Origin: Lama guanicoe
Lineage: Eukaryota
Reading direction: 5' to 3'
Assembly: GCA_013239625.1 (NCBI GenBank)
Contig: MU053802.1
Span: 200,905-264,904, forward strand
Length of the DNA stretch: 64,000 bases
Shown: positions 1 through 13,450 of the stretch, piece after piece
Position numbering within the stretch: position 1 is the first letter of the stretch
Layout of the letters: each line of letters opens with the position of its first letter
Made by a program: the position numbers and the translations under genes
Notes under the pieces: model-generated
Told to the model about the DNA's origin: nothing
Databases searched by the model: none
The model's input: the letters and a program-made list of their open reading frames with translations, nothing else

Positions 1-2191
1 TTAATTTTGTAACCTGCTACCTTGCTGAATTCTTCAATCAGCTCTAGTAGCTTTTGTGTGGACCTTTTAGGGTTTTCTATATATAGTAACATGTCATCAG
101 CATATAATGACACTTTTACCTCTTCTTTTCCAATTCGGATCCCTTTTATTTCTTTCTCTTGCCTGACTGCTGTGGCTAGGATTTCTAGGACTATTTTGAA
201 TAGGAGTGGTGATAGTGGGCATCCTTGTCTTGTCCCAGATTTTAGTGGGAAGCTTTTGAGTTTTTCACCGTTGGGTACTATGCTGGCTGTAGGTTTGTCA
301 TATATAGCTTTTATTATGTTGAGATATGTTCCCTCTATACCCACTTTGGTGAGAGTTTTTATCATAAATGGNNNNNNNNNNNNNNNNNNNNNNNNNNNNN
401 NNNNNNNNNNNNNNNNNNNNNNNNNNNNNNNNNNNNNNNNNNNNNNNNNNNNNNNNNNNNNNNNNNNNNNNNNNNNNNNNNNNNNNNNNNNNNNNNNNNN
501 NNNNNNNNNNNNNNNNNNNNNNNNNNNNNNNNNNNNNNNNNNNNNNNNNNNNNNNNNNNNNNNNNNNNNNNNNNNNNNNNNNGTTCATCAGTGATATTGG
601 CCTATAATTCTCTTTTTTTGTAGTGTCTTTGCCTGGTTTTGGTATCAGGGTGTTGGTGGCTTCATAGAATGGGTTTGAGAGTATTCCCTCCTTTTCAATC
701 TTCTGGAAGAGTTTGAGAAGGACTGGTATGAGTTCTCCTTTGTATGTTTGGTAGAATTCTCTGGTGAAGGCATCCGGTCCTGGACTTTTATTTGTAGGGA
801 GGTTTTTAATTGCTATTTCTATTTCCTTTCTAGTGATCAGATTGTTCAAGTGTTCAGTTTCTTCTTGATTCAGTTTTGGTGGACAGTATGTTTCCAGAAA
901 CTTGTCCATCTCCTCTAGGATATCCAGTTTGGTTCCATATAGTTTTTCATAATATTCTCATATGATATTCTGTATTTCTATTTTGTTTGTTGTAATTTCT
1001 CCATTTTCCTTATTTTGCTAATTTGTGCTCTCTCTTTTTTCTTCTTTGTGGGTTTGGCCAGAGAGTTGTCGATTTTATTTACTTTTTCAAAAAAGCAGCT
1101 TTTGGTTTTGTTGATTTTGATTTTTTCTATGGTCTTGTTAATCTCTATTGTATTTAATTCCTCTCTGATCTTTATTATTTCCTTCCTTCTGCTGCTTTTT
1201 GGGGCTTTTTGTTCTTCTTTTTCTAATTGATTCAGGTGGTGGGTTAACTTGTTTATTTGAGATTGTTCTTCTTTTTTGAGGAAGGCCTGTATCGCTATAA
1301 ACTTCCCTCTTAGCACTGCCTTTGCTGTGTCCCATAGGTTTTGAGTGGTTGTGCTTTCATTATCATTTGTCTCAAGGTATTTTTTAATTTCAGCTTTGAT
1401 TTCCTCATTGATCCATTGTTTTTTCAATAACATATTGTTTAATCTCCATGCTTTCCTTTTTTTCTCCTTTGTTTCTCTGTTGTTGATTTCCAGTTTCATG
1501 GCATTGTGGTCAGTAAAGATGCTTGAGATAATTTCTATCTTCTTAAATTTGTTGAGGTTTCTTTTGTGTCCAAGTACATGATCGATCCTGGAAAATGTTC
1601 CATGTGCACTTGAAAAGAATGTATATTCTATTTTTTGGGGGTGTAAAGCTCTGAAAATATCCACCAAATCTAGTTTTTCTATTGTAGTATTTAATTTCTC
1701 TGTTGCCTTGTTTATTTTCTGTCTGGAAGATCTGTCTAGTGATGTTAATGCAGTGTTAAAATCTCCAACTATGATTGTATTCCCATCAATATCCCCCTTT
1801 ATCTCTGTTAGTAATTCTTGTATGTACTTAGGTGCTCCTATATTGGGTGCATATATATTAACGAGTGTAATATCTTCATCTTGTATCACTCCTTTAATCA
1901 TTATAAAATGTCCTTCTTTATCTTTCTTTATGGCCTTTGTTTTAAAGTCTATTTTGTCTGAAATCAGTACTGCAACACCTGCTTTTTTGGCTTTTCCATT
2001 TGCATGGAATATCCTTTTCCATCCTTTCACTCTCAATCTATATGTGTCCTTCTCCCAAAGCAGGTCTCTTGTATGCAGCATATTGAAGGTTCTTGCTTTA
2101 GTATCCAGTCTGCCACTCTATGTCTTTTGACTAGAGAATTTAGTCCATTAACATTTACAGTAATTAATGATAGATGTGTGTTTATTGCCAT
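1..2191 (-). pseudogene. L1 ORF2p (APE endonuclease and start of the RT region), frameshifted
   Basis: ATG GCA ATA AAC at 2191, then ...TVNVNGLN. ORF track fragments show [33 protein letters not shown] and [10 protein letters not shown]. These are split across several frames, and the segment contains N-gap 372-582. Confidence 0.95.
372..582. other. Assembly gap (N run)
   Basis: Run of N inside L1 ORF2. Confidence 1.
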
Positions 2192-2603
2192 TTTGAACTT
2201 ATCTTTGCAGTTGAATTGGTATATCCTCTTTGTTCCTTTCTTCTTCCTTTTGTGGTTTGGTAATTTTCCTTTGTATTATCATGGATTTTATTTAATTTTT
2301 GTGACTCCCTTGTAAATTTTTGACTTGTGGTTACCCTTTTTTGTAAATCTATTAACCCATTACTATAACTGTTTTCATTAAACTGATAGTAACATGATCT
2401 CAAACCCATCCTACTGTTAAAAAATATTTTAAAAAGAAAGAAAATAATATTCTATATTTCCCTGCCTCCCTCTCCCACTCTCAGTGATTTGTATGTCTTC
2501 TTTCTTCTTTTATAATTTTGTGTTTTCTTTATTTGTAATTTATGAGTTATCACCTTTCCAGTTGTGAGTTTCTCATTTCTGTAGCATCCTGCTGCTTTTC
2601 TAT

Positions 2604-3507
2604 TTAGAATAGCCCTTTCAATATTTCTTTTAACATGGGCTTAGTGTTGCTAAATTCTTGCAGCTTTTTTTTTTGTCTGTGAAACTCTTTATTTGTCCTT
2701 CTGTCCTAAAGGATAGCCTTGCTGGATATAGTATCCCAGACTGCATCTTTTTTCAATCAGGTCTTTGAATATATCTTGCCACTCCCTTCTGGCCTGTAGT
2801 GTTTGTGTAGAGAAATCAGCTGAGAGCCTTATGGGGGTTCCCTTGTAACTTACTCTTTGCTTTTCTCTTGCTGCCTTTAGAATCATTTCTTTATCCTTGA
2901 CTCTGGCCATCTTGATTATGATATGTCTTGGTGTGGGTCTATTTGGGTTCTTCCTGTTTGGGACCCTCTGAGCTTCCTGTGCTTGGATATCTGATTCCTT
3001 CTGTAAGTTTGGGGAGTTTTCACTCATGATTTCTTCAAAAACCTTTTCAATCCCCTTTGATCCTTCTTCCCTTTCTGGGACCCCTATTATGGGAAGATTG
3101 GGACATTTTATATTATCCCATAAGTCCCTTATGGTATTTTCATTAATTTTTATTTGCTTATCTTGTAGTTCTTCTGAATGGGTCCTTTCTATTGCCCTGT
3201 CTTCTAGATCACTAATTCGTTCCTCTGCATTAACTAGTCGGCTTTGCACAGCTATTAGATCATTCCTCATCTCTGTCAATGAGTTTACCCATTCTGCTTG
3301 GCTCTTCTTTATAGCTTCAATTTCATTTTTGACATATTTTATATCTCTAAACAGTATCTTTTTTAATTCCTTCAGCAATTTGATCACTCCTTTTTTGAAA
3401 TCTTGATCTAGTAGGCTATCGATGTCTATTTCATTGATCTTTCTTTCAGGGGATTCCTCTTGTTCTTTTAATTTGGAAAGGTGTCTCTGCTTCTTCATCT
3501 TGCTCAT
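2604..3507 (-). pseudogene. L1 ORF1p (RNA-binding chaperone), frameshifted near the C-terminus
   Basis: ORF 2689..3507 contains RISDLED, DLWDNIK, IIGVPE, PTPRHIIIKM, ILKAAREK, YKGTPIRLSADFS and ARREW. It shifts frame before the expected LYPARLSF motif. The native-frame stop follows ...LKEILKGLF at 2604-2606. Confidence 0.92.
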
Positions 3508-6073
3508 ACCTCTCTGGCACTGTGGTTTATGGAGTATCAGTTGTCTATTTTGGATCTTAAGATTTTTATCTATCTAATGCCTATTTACGAATAGAACTTA
3601 GGGAAAAAAAGAAAAAATAGAGAGAGAGAAAGAATTTTAAAACAAGGGAGAAAGCGGGTTTGAAAACAGTATATAATGAATAATGGAAGAGCTAGTTGAA
3701 GCAGAGTATTAATCGGGTTGAGACGTCCTTTAAAACCTTAAAAAAAAAGTGGGGGGGAGATGAATAGATGTATTTGAAGCCTGTGTCCAATCAATAACAG
3801 GACATCAAAACCCAAGAGAAATAGAAATGGATTAAGAAGTAAAAATTAAGAGAGTAATAGAAAATAGAACAGGTAAAAACAGGTTTAAAAAAAAAGGGGG
3901 GGTTGTCGGTGTTCTCCTGGAGTCTGTGTGCTTTTAATGTGAAGTCTTTCTGTCTTCGTCCTGTTTTGGAAGCTCAGCTTTTTGTTTTCCGAGGCCGTCC
4001 ATTGGCGCCCTGTTCTGTGCTGCTCCCAGCACCTGTAGGGAAGCAGATTGCGCCTCCTCCTAACACGGGGTCAGGTGCAGCTCTCCTGTGCTGCTGGTGG
4101 GAGGGTCACTGCCCCTCCGGATGCCGCAGTCAGATGTTGCAGACTGGCCAGGCAGGAGGGCGGGTCGTGCCCCCTCCCAGCACCTCGGTCAGGGGCTGTG
4201 TTCCTGCCTGAATGGCGGGGGGCCACTCTCCCTCTGCCTGCGCTGCCGGTAGCTCCGCTGCTTTGTGCGGCTGCGCGCTCTGCCAGCGCGCCGCCCTGGT
4301 TGGCGCGCCACCCTGTTTGGCACTCCGCCTTGGTCGCGCTCCGCGGGTGGGCTCAGGGAAGATGGAGGGACAGCCTTGTCCCTGCTCGGAGCCAAAACCC
4401 AGTTCCTCGTTTTTCTTTGTGGAGCAAGTTCTCTGAGGGACCAGGATGGAAGGATCCTATCTGCCTCTGGCTGTAGGCCCGTCTCAGTCTGGTCTTTGAG
4501 GCTGCTAAGCCCTTCGGTGTGGACGCAGGTTTCACCCCCGCCCCCGCCTGGGTGCTCAGCACCAGACAATATGGCGACTGTGACTTGGCCCGCCTCTCTT
4601 CCCCGAAAAGTTTCCGCGGGTTTTCAGAGATGGGGGTAAGCACCCTTCCCCCAAGAGCACATCAACCTTGCTGTTTTATGGAGGGCCCAGGTTGTTCTGC
4701 CCTGTGCACCCACAGCCACAGCGCCCAGCCCCTTGCAGTCCCACAGGGCTGCTTCCGTGCAGCCTCCCTTGTCCTCTGCCCGGCTTGTGCAGCCTGGCCC
4801 TGCCCGCCGCTGCTGGCCCGCGTCTCAGGCTGGGTGTCGGGGGGATGCTCTGTGCCCGTTTAACTTAGTTCTGTCAGACAAGGCTGCTCTGCACAGATCC
4901 GAGCCTCGGAGGCTCCCCCTCCATCCCGCTGGTCTCTCAGTTGGAAAAAGGAGACCCAGCAAGCGAGCACCAGTCCTCCTTTGCTGCTCCCTCCCCGCGT
5001 GACCCGTCCCGCGCTGCTTTGCCTTTTGTTCATTGTTTTTTCCTTTTCTCCACCAGATTTTTGGCATTTTAATCTTTTGAAGAGGGTGATGTTCTGTCGG
5101 AGTTCCGCAGGTGCTCTGGTTGGCTGAGTGGGTCTGTAGATGTATGTGGGTCTTGGTGTATTTGTGGGAGAGGGTGACTTACGAGCGTCCTTCTACTCTG
5201 CCATCTTCTCCGTCTCCCGGGTTACAAGTTCTTTATCACCTACAAAATCCCACAAAGATAGTAGTTTATATTGTTTTAAGGGAATTGAAAATATACACAT
5301 TTTTATTGTTGTTCATCTTCCAGTTGATAAGCACACATTTCCTGTATCATCAAAAGAGAAGTGACAGTATTTACAGTCTGCCTCCTATTTGTTACCTGCC
5401 TTTCAGAAACTTGCCCTTTGGGACTCAGGGTCCTACTTGACAAGCCACAACCTTGTATACTTTAGTGTGAACCCATTCAGTACTCCTTTCAAGATTAAGT
5501 TCTAAGGAATAGCTTTGTAAAGGACAGGTTAGATCTTAATAGAGCTTCAAGTATAAATCAATAAGGAGAAAAATATTGGAGTAAAAAGTAACCAGGCACT
5601 TCTGACTGGTTGTGTTCTCCAGCAATTTCTAACAAAAGAAAAAAGCCAGACTCCAAAGGGATATTCAGTAGTACAACCCTCTCCTCTCTGTATTAAAGCT
5701 GAGATACACCAGACCTTATTTTGTAAACTCTTTCTCTCTTTCTAGGTAATCCGTCAATAACTGGACCAAAGGTTGATGAATCAGATGTCATCACCCATAA
5801 TGAACTGTCAACTTCCTAGTTATTTTCTGAGTTTATTCAACCAACTCACTTTTTTTCTGCTTGCAATTGAGTGTTAATTTGCTCAACTAAAGTGTTTTAT
5901 ACTATATGTCAATGAGCAAATATTACATTTTTGTTAATCAATTAGCTAGCCCTCTCCTGTACCCTACAAAGAAAGTTTCCTCAACTGATACCAATAATCC
6001 CAGTAAACTTAATATAACTACCAATAATTAAATGTATGGAAATAAATTTTAAACATTAGAATCTATGTAAAAC

Positions 6074-6317
6074 GGTGGCAGAACATAGCTCTAGTGGTAA
6101 AGCACATGCCCAGCATGCATGAGGTCCTGGGTTCAATCCCAGTCCCTCCTCCAAATGTAAATAAATAAACCTAATTACTTCCCTCTTATAAAACAAACAA
6201 ACAAAAAAAAAAGATGAACACTTGCAACCCCTGACGAGTTAATGGATATGAACAATGATTATCCATGACTGCTAACATTAAAAAGAAAAGTAAAAGTGAA
6301 AAAAAGACATAAAATAA
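6074..6317 (+). mobile_element. tRNA-derived SINE (camelid vic-1-like) with extended 3' tail
   Basis: A-box-like TAGCTCTAGTGG and B-box GGTTCAATCC, followed by AATAAATAAACCTAATTAC and an A-rich tail. TSD CTATGTAAAAC at 6063-6073 and 6318-6328. Confidence 0.9.
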
Positions 6318-7218
6318 CTATGTAAAACTTCAGTGATTAATATACCCATCATATCTCTGAATTAGAATAGCAGACAATTAAAATTTTATAGTTATTTTAC
6401 CACTTGTGATCTTAGTACCTGGAACAACATTTCCAAAAGTGAATTCTACACGTTAAGTATCAGGAAAAAGAGGACTCCATCAACAAAAGAAAATGGAGGA
6501 AAAGCTGTGTTAAGCAAAGTTAAGCATGTATCTTTGATACAAGCTATTTCAAAGCATTTTGAGTACACAGGAGTTGTACAGAGTATGCAGGATTTCCAAT
6601 TTGGAAGCAGATGCTTTTCTTTCTTGGACCAGTACAGCATTAGTGTTCCCCAGAACATTGTTATTAAGACCTCCCTTTAATCTTTGTTCACTACTTTATC
6701 TGGTAGCAAACATACAGTAAATAGTTCACTAGCACTGTGGTTAGAACTAATTTTTTTGCAACAAAGTTATAAATTCCACCTAATAAAGTTTAAATTTATA
6801 TACTATTAATGACAGTACTTGCAAGGAAAAATCTTTCAGGGCTCAATTCTGAAGTTGAAATAAGGAATATTTTTTCTACGTTGGCAAGGAAACACAATTA
6901 GACTATGAAGTCATGCAACTATTTAATAACAAGTATAAAATGACCATGCTTTCTGCTCTTTTACTCATTAAAGCAAAAAAATAAATAAAGCTTACTATCC
7001 TTGTACTTGAAATATGATTTCTAGCAATTTATTTTCAATTATCCCTATAAGTGTTCCAGAGTTCTCTCAATTTCATTTTATGATTAGTTACTTTGAACTG
7101 AATATATCAGTCCCTTACCAGCATGGAGGCAAGTAGACAGCTGAGTAAACTGGGGCTCATTTGTCTGGAAGAGCACAGTCAGGCACAGCTCTGTTTCTGA
7201 GTTTGGATGGTGAAATAC

Positions 7219-7342
7219 CTGGACATCTGCACAGCTTCCTTGCCTGTGCAGTATCTCCTTTGCTTAATCACATTTGCTGACCAATTGCTGGATGTATGCC
7301 ATTATCATCATGAGAGTGGAGAATAGAGTCCAGAAACATCCC
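7219..7342 (-). pseudogene. TLL1: TLL1 exon 8 equivalent (end of astacin domain), in-frame stop
   Basis: Reads [40 protein letters not shown], versus human [41 protein letters not shown]. It is one G short at the acceptor end. Confidence 0.95.
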
Positions 7343-9860
7343 CTGGAAAAAATCAGAAGCAAGCTACATATAAGCCACTACATTGACACATATATTCCTT
7401 ACAAATAGGTTTTTTCCCCAAACTCAAGTCAACCAAAGGAGAAATATATCAGAGTTGAGATTTAAACAGTGTGCCAGACTTTCAAAACACTTTCATCAAA
7501 GTAGAAACATATTGCATGTTAAATGTGTATGCCTAGCATAAAGTCAGTGACAGCATTCACTTCTTTCTTAGAAATGTATATTATATGTACAAAATCTAAA
7601 ATTCTATATAGCCCCCTATTAAGTTTTTTTGGTCTCTCAAGATCTAAAAAGAGTTACCTTCCTAATTTGTGAAACAATTCTTCCTCATTGAGTGCTATTT
7701 TCTTAAGAACAGCTTATAATAAATATTTTCAAATTACTAAAATTGTTAAAGTGAAACAAAATATGTATATTGATTTTTTAAATTAAACTGTTAATTTAAC
7801 CTAAGTATTTTGAGAAGTTCACGTATTATAGTATTTGTTAAAAGAACAGGGAAAAACAAAGTGTCAAACTTTAGAATAGTTTAAAGCAAAATAATTTTGT
7901 GATACATATACACACTCAAACACACACATAGACTTACAACGTAAAAACTTCATGGTAAAATTGATAAGCCAAAAAAAAAAAAAAAAACCAAAAAAAAGCA
8001 AGGCCCTGACAGTGCTAAGCTACAGATACTGAATTGTTTTGCACCCAAGGTTGTGATAGAAACTTGCTAATTTTCTTAATATGCATGACTAAACATTCTG
8101 AACCTAGTGCACTAAAGATACAGCCTAATTTTGCAATAAATATCTACATTTACAACTCTAAAGAAAGTACTGAGCTTAAAGTTAAATGGACTGGGACATT
8201 ATTCCAACTGGTGAGGATGGAGCGTGTATATCAGAATTTTCCAAAAAAGAAATACTTTTTATAAAAATGTTTTAAATTAAGAGATTCAATTATTTAAAAA
8301 TCTTTTAAATTGAAACGAATGACATGACAGGTTTTTCCCAAAATTTATAGTGGAATAAATTGTACTTAAAATGCAGATTAAAAGAACAACACTTTAGTTC
8401 TACTTACTTCTTCTCTTAAGAAGTATTTACTGAGCATTGTTATAGGCCTGGATTTATAACAATAAATAAAAGAAACAAAAATTACCCCCCTTCTGGTTTT
8501 CACATTCTAATAGAAGGAGAAAGTCCTGAGACAAGACTGATAACTGAGAGAGTGACAGGTACTATCACAAGAAAGAGAAGATGGATATTGGTTATCCACT
8601 GATGGGACAGCCTGTAAATACAGTGATGAAAGAAAAACTCACTTGGAAACTGATATTTTAGCCAAACACGAAGGAAGTGAAGGTGAGGGAAACGTGGGTA
8701 ACTGGGAGCAGAGAGTCACAGAGAGAAAGGACTTTAACAAATACAACAGCCTGAGATGGGAGGACCTGTAAAGGGCTTGAGTGCCAGACAGAAAGTTTAA
8801 CTTTCCCAAGGAAAACTCTTAATATGTGGAGGATGGTAAACAGAGATGTGACATGATCTATGAGTGATTTATAACTAACCACCCTAGCTTCTAGGTGAGG
8901 ATAGTGATCTTTATACAAAACCCAATTACTCAAATACAGAATGAAACTCTTTAAAACCAAATGTAAGTCTCTACACAACTCCATATGTATACTATCTGTG
9001 ATGAAGGGAGGGATGGGGAACTAATGATTCATGGGAATTGACCATCAAACATGAGAGCTGTCACACACTTAGTAAGATGCCACTCCTGTCAGGCCAATGC
9101 AACTGAAGGGGAAGGTGAGCTACAGGGGAGCATTGGGAAAAGTCATTCTTCACCTCTGCTGCACAAATCAACAGGTACATTAAGTAGGGAAGTTCACATT
9201 AATGGAGTGTTACAACTTCTGCAGTACTTCAATACTAACAAAGTGTTCACCATTTTCTATTTCTATTTCTAAAAAAAATTGTAATCTTTGAAAAGTTTTG
9301 GGTTTTTTTCCAGTTTTCAAAAAAGAGTCCATTTAAAAGGATCAAGGACATCTTGGAGTAGATATATTCAAACTCAGACAATAGAATGATGAATTTTGGT
9401 TCATTCAGTCTACTGAGATAAACTGCCTTCCATTTGTATGGGGTCAATCACCCAATCTTTTGATCTTTCTTTACGGTCAAAAAGTTAAGAAGTCTCTCCC
9501 TCAACATCCAGGCCATTAAGGAATGTAGGCTCTTCTGAACATTCTCTCAGAAAGACCATAGATGGGGTCACTTAATAACTTTCATTTGTTTTCCCTACAG
9601 TAGAAGAGTGAATTAACTATGCTTTTTATGAAATTTCATAAAATGTTAGTACTCTTTTATTAATTAAAAATGGGCAGTGCCAGTTTGCAAGCATCTACAT
9701 TACAAATTACCTACACATACAAAATGTCCCTTGTATCCTGTCCTGTTCTTCTCACAGTAAGTACCTAAATCTGCTCATGGTCAACACTGATGAAAACAAC
9801 TAAAACTTTTATATACTATTTTGGTTCAGAATAGAAGAAACTATAAAACTTCAAATACTT

Positions 9861-12103
9861 ACAATAACAGAATGAAGGACAAAAGCCATGTGTTCATCTA
9901 ATTGATACAGAAAAAGCATTTGACAAAATTCAACATCCTTTCATGATAAAAGCACTCAATGAACTGGTAATAGAAGGAAAGTACCTCATCATAAAAGGTA
10001 ATGCATGAAAAGCCTACAGCTAACATCATAGTCAATGGTGAAAAAGTGAAAGCTTTTCATCTAAGTTAGGATAATTGCTGTCACTGTTTCTATTCAGTAT
10101 AGTATTGAAAATCCTAGTCAGCAAATTAGGCAAGAAAAGAATCAAAAGGCATCAAATTGAAAGGAAAGGAAAATCATTTCTGTAGATGACATGATCTTAT
10201 ACGTAGAAAATCCTAGAGAGTCCACTAAAAACCTGTCAGAACTAATAAAGGAATTCAGCAAAACTTCAGGATACAAAATCAGCACCCAAAAACCTGTCAC
10301 ATTTCTATACAGCAACAGTGAACCATCTGAAAAGGAAAGTAAGACAACAATTCCATTTAAAATACAATCAAAAAGAATAAAATACTTGGGAATAAACTTA
10401 ACCAAGGAGGCCAAAGACTTATACACTGAAAAGTACAAAGAATCACTGAAAGAAATTTAAAAAGACACAAATGAATGGAAAAACAATCTATATTTATGGA
10501 CTGATTGACTTAATTTGCTAAGATATCCACACAAAATGATCAACACAATCCCTACCAAAACCCCAACATCATCTACTGTGAAAATAGGAAAAAAAAAAAG
10601 GTTCTAAAATTCATATGTAATCTTATAGGACCTTGAATAGCCAAAAGTTTTTTTTTAAAAAAAAAAAAAACCAAAAACCAAAGTTGGAGGACTTACACTT
10701 CCTGATTTCAAAATATATTACAAAACTGAAGTTACTAATACAGTGTGGTATTGGCAAAAAGACAGACCTACAGACCAATGGACTAGAATAGGAATCCCAG
10801 AAATAAATCCTAGTGTATATTCTGAGAGACCTTTAACAAAAGGGTCAAGACTATTCAATGGGGAAAAGACAATCTTTCCAACAAATGATGTTGGGAAAAC
10901 TGGCTATCCATGTACAAAAAAACAAAGGCCTTTATCAAGGCCGTTCACAAAAAATAATTCAAAATAGATTAAAGATCTAAATATAAAATTCCCAAATCAT
11001 AAAACTCTTAGAAGAAAACAAAGGGAAAACTTGGTGACATTGACTATGGCAATGATTTCTTGGTTATGACACCAAAAGCAGAGATGACAAAAGCAAAAAT
11101 GGGTAAGGGGGACCACATCAAACTAAAAATCTTGTGCTGAGCAAAGGAAATATTCAACAGAGTGAAAAGGAGGGAGAATATTTGCAAAATATATATCTGA
11201 TGAAAGGCCAGAATATATAAAGAAATCTTACAACCCAACAGCAGAAAAATGCAATAATCTGATTTTTAAACTGGGCAGAAGATTTGAATAGGGATTTCTT
11301 TAAAGATGATATACAAATGGCTAGGCATATAAAAAGATCACTAATCATCAGAGAAATGCAAGTCAAAACCAAAACGAGACAACATGTCACACACATTAGA
11401 GAGGCTACTATCAAAAAAATTTAAAAAATAACCAGAAAATAAGTCATGTTGGTGAAATATGGAGAAACTGAAACCCTTTGGTACTGTTGACCGGACTGTA
11501 AAATAGTGCAGCTCCTGAGAAAACATTATGGAGCCTCTTCAAAAAATTAAAACTAGAACTACCACCTAATCCAGCAATCCCGCTGCTGTGTATATATTAA
11601 AAAGAAAGGAAAACAGGGTCTGGAAGAGACATTTGCAGACACATGTTCATGACACCACTGTTCACAGTAGCCAAGAGGTGCAAGTGACTCAAATGTCTAT
11701 CAATAAATGAATGAACAAACAAAATACGGTATACATATCCAATGGAATGTTATTCCACCTTAGAAATTAAGGAAATTCTGTTACTTGCTGTGACATAGAA
11801 GACCCTTAAGGACATTATGCTAGATGAAATAAGCCAGCCACAAAAAGATAAATACTGTCTCCAAAGTAGCCAAATTCATACAAACAGAAAGTGGAATGTG
11901 GTTACCAGAGGCTGGGGGAGGGGAAAGTGGAGCGTTGCCATGTAATGGGGGTAGAGTTTCAGTTTTGCAAGATGAAAACCTTCTGGGGACCTGTTTCACA
12001 ACAACGCAAATGTACTTAATACTACTAAATTGTACTCTTAAAAATAGTTACTATGGTAAATGTGACACTGAGGTTTCTTAACCACAGTAAAAAAAAAAAA
12101 AAA
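9861..12103 (+). mobile_element. Older 5'-truncated L1 (L1M-type; ORF2 RT/C-terminal remnant, 3'UTR and polyA)
   Basis: Remnants include [42 protein letters not shown] and WYWQKDRPTDQW. PolyA at ~12089-12103. TSD TCAAATACTT at 9851-9860 and 12104-12113. Confidence 0.92.
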
Positions 12104-13194
12104 TCAAATACTTTGGAGGTGGTGGCTGAGAACTGTACCAAATATTTCCTATCCTAAAATTCATTTATTTAAACATATGAATGAATCAGTAAACATTTTC
12201 TTTAAAAAGCAGAACAAAAAATAATGTGAATTGCATCAATGCTTTTAACAGATAGATATAATTACTTTCACTCTAGGAATATAAGTTTATTTGGAAAAAG
12301 TGAATAGGAACATTTTGAAACAATAAGAAAAAAAGGCACTAGCAATACCCAAGTAGGTATAGGGGGCAATAAACTGCAAGATCCCCATGGTTTATAGAAA
12401 AGAAACAATTTAAACATATAAAAGGAGTACAGAATAAGGGAAAATATGTATTTCAAGCTTTCTTATAGGTTCACTGTCTATCAGGGAAAGAACACATTAC
12501 TTCTTCCACTCTGCAGCACCTCCTCTGTTCCAAAAAATCAAAACTCATTTTATTTCTAATTAATATAATTCAACAGTATTTTTTAAAAAGCACTTTGGTT
12601 AAACTGGGACCAAATCCCCATTTTTCACGTTTCTAAGGAAAACTCGATTCCAAACACTGACCTAAAAACAAAGCTTTGCAACTCTTTAAGTTTAATTTCA
12701 GGCCAAATTTATGGGTATATTTTTACTAAAGCTTAAATTCAATTCCAGAGATAGTAAATATTTGGATAGTTATTATATTTGAACAAATATATATTGTACA
12801 TTTCAGAAGAAAATGATTTTTAAAATACAGTTACCACTCAATTATTTTAATAATGAAGTTTGGCCTTTAAAAAAAGCATAATTTTAAAATGTATTCAAGT
12901 ATTAAGAGTTTGTTTATATCCTTCTCTAGTTTTTACCAATAGTTAAAAAAAAAAAAGACAGGGGAATTAATTTGATTTTTTCAGTCTTCTTTCTAATCCT
13001 GCCTTTAGAAGCACATTAATGAGTTGTGAAATGGACACAGTGATCAAAAAGAGTGAGTGGAATAGACATACAAGTATAAAATGGGCATAGAATGGGAACA
13101 AGAGATGACTTCAATGGTTTTAACAGCTCCAAATTACTTACCATGAACTACTTCCTGATAACCTCTTCTTTAGAACCCAAATTTATCAGACTCT

Positions 13195-13450
13195 TTTATT
13201 TTATTTTATTGAGTTATAGTCATTTACAATGTTGTGTCAATTTCCAGTGTAGAGCACAATTTTTCAGTTATACACAAACATACCTATATTCATTGTCACA
13301 TTCTTTTTCACTGTGAGCTACCATGATGAAAGATCTTAGATATATTTCCCTGTGCTATACAGTATAAACTTGTTCATCTATTCTACATATGCCTGTCAGT
13401 ATCTACAAATTTTGAACTCCCAGTCTGTCCCTTCCCACCCCTTCCCCCCT
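13195..13450 (-). mobile_element. Short L1 3'-end fragment
   Basis: Starts T-rich, then TTGAGTTATAGTCATTTACAATGTTGTGTCAATTTCCAGTGTA...CCCTTCCCACCCC, the same 3' end as other copies in the window. Flanked by near-direct repeats CAGACTCTT and CAGACCCTT. Confidence 0.8.

Larger units (their letters stand above)
1..5218 (-). mobile_element. LINE-1 with intact 5' end (CpG-rich 5'UTR, ORF1, inter-ORF spacer, ORF2 running off the window start)
   Basis: The minus strand begins GGGAGACGGAGAAGATGGCAGAGTAG (L1-type 5' terminus with AAGATGGC YY1-like motif) at ~5218. The 5'UTR spans ~3508-5218, followed by ORF1p and ORF2p endonuclease and RT-proximal peptides. The upstream flank on the minus strand is AAAGAACTTGTAACC, a candidate TSD whose partner is outside the window. 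Confidence 0.97.

Noticed and set aside
22..3406. Plus-strand ORFs (22..594, 1708..2130, 3026..3406 etc.)
   Set aside because: Antisense shadows of L1 ORF1/ORF2, partly extended by the N-gap.
3903..5440. Cluster of overlapping GC-rich ORFs on both strands
   Set aside because: They lie largely in the L1 5'UTR, where GC richness makes stop-poor frames expected. No recognisable protein.
6074..6150. tRNA-Ala-like sequences here and at ~19794, ~35250 and ~57000
   Set aside because: They have A tails, TSDs and degenerate stems, so they are SINEs rather than tRNA genes.
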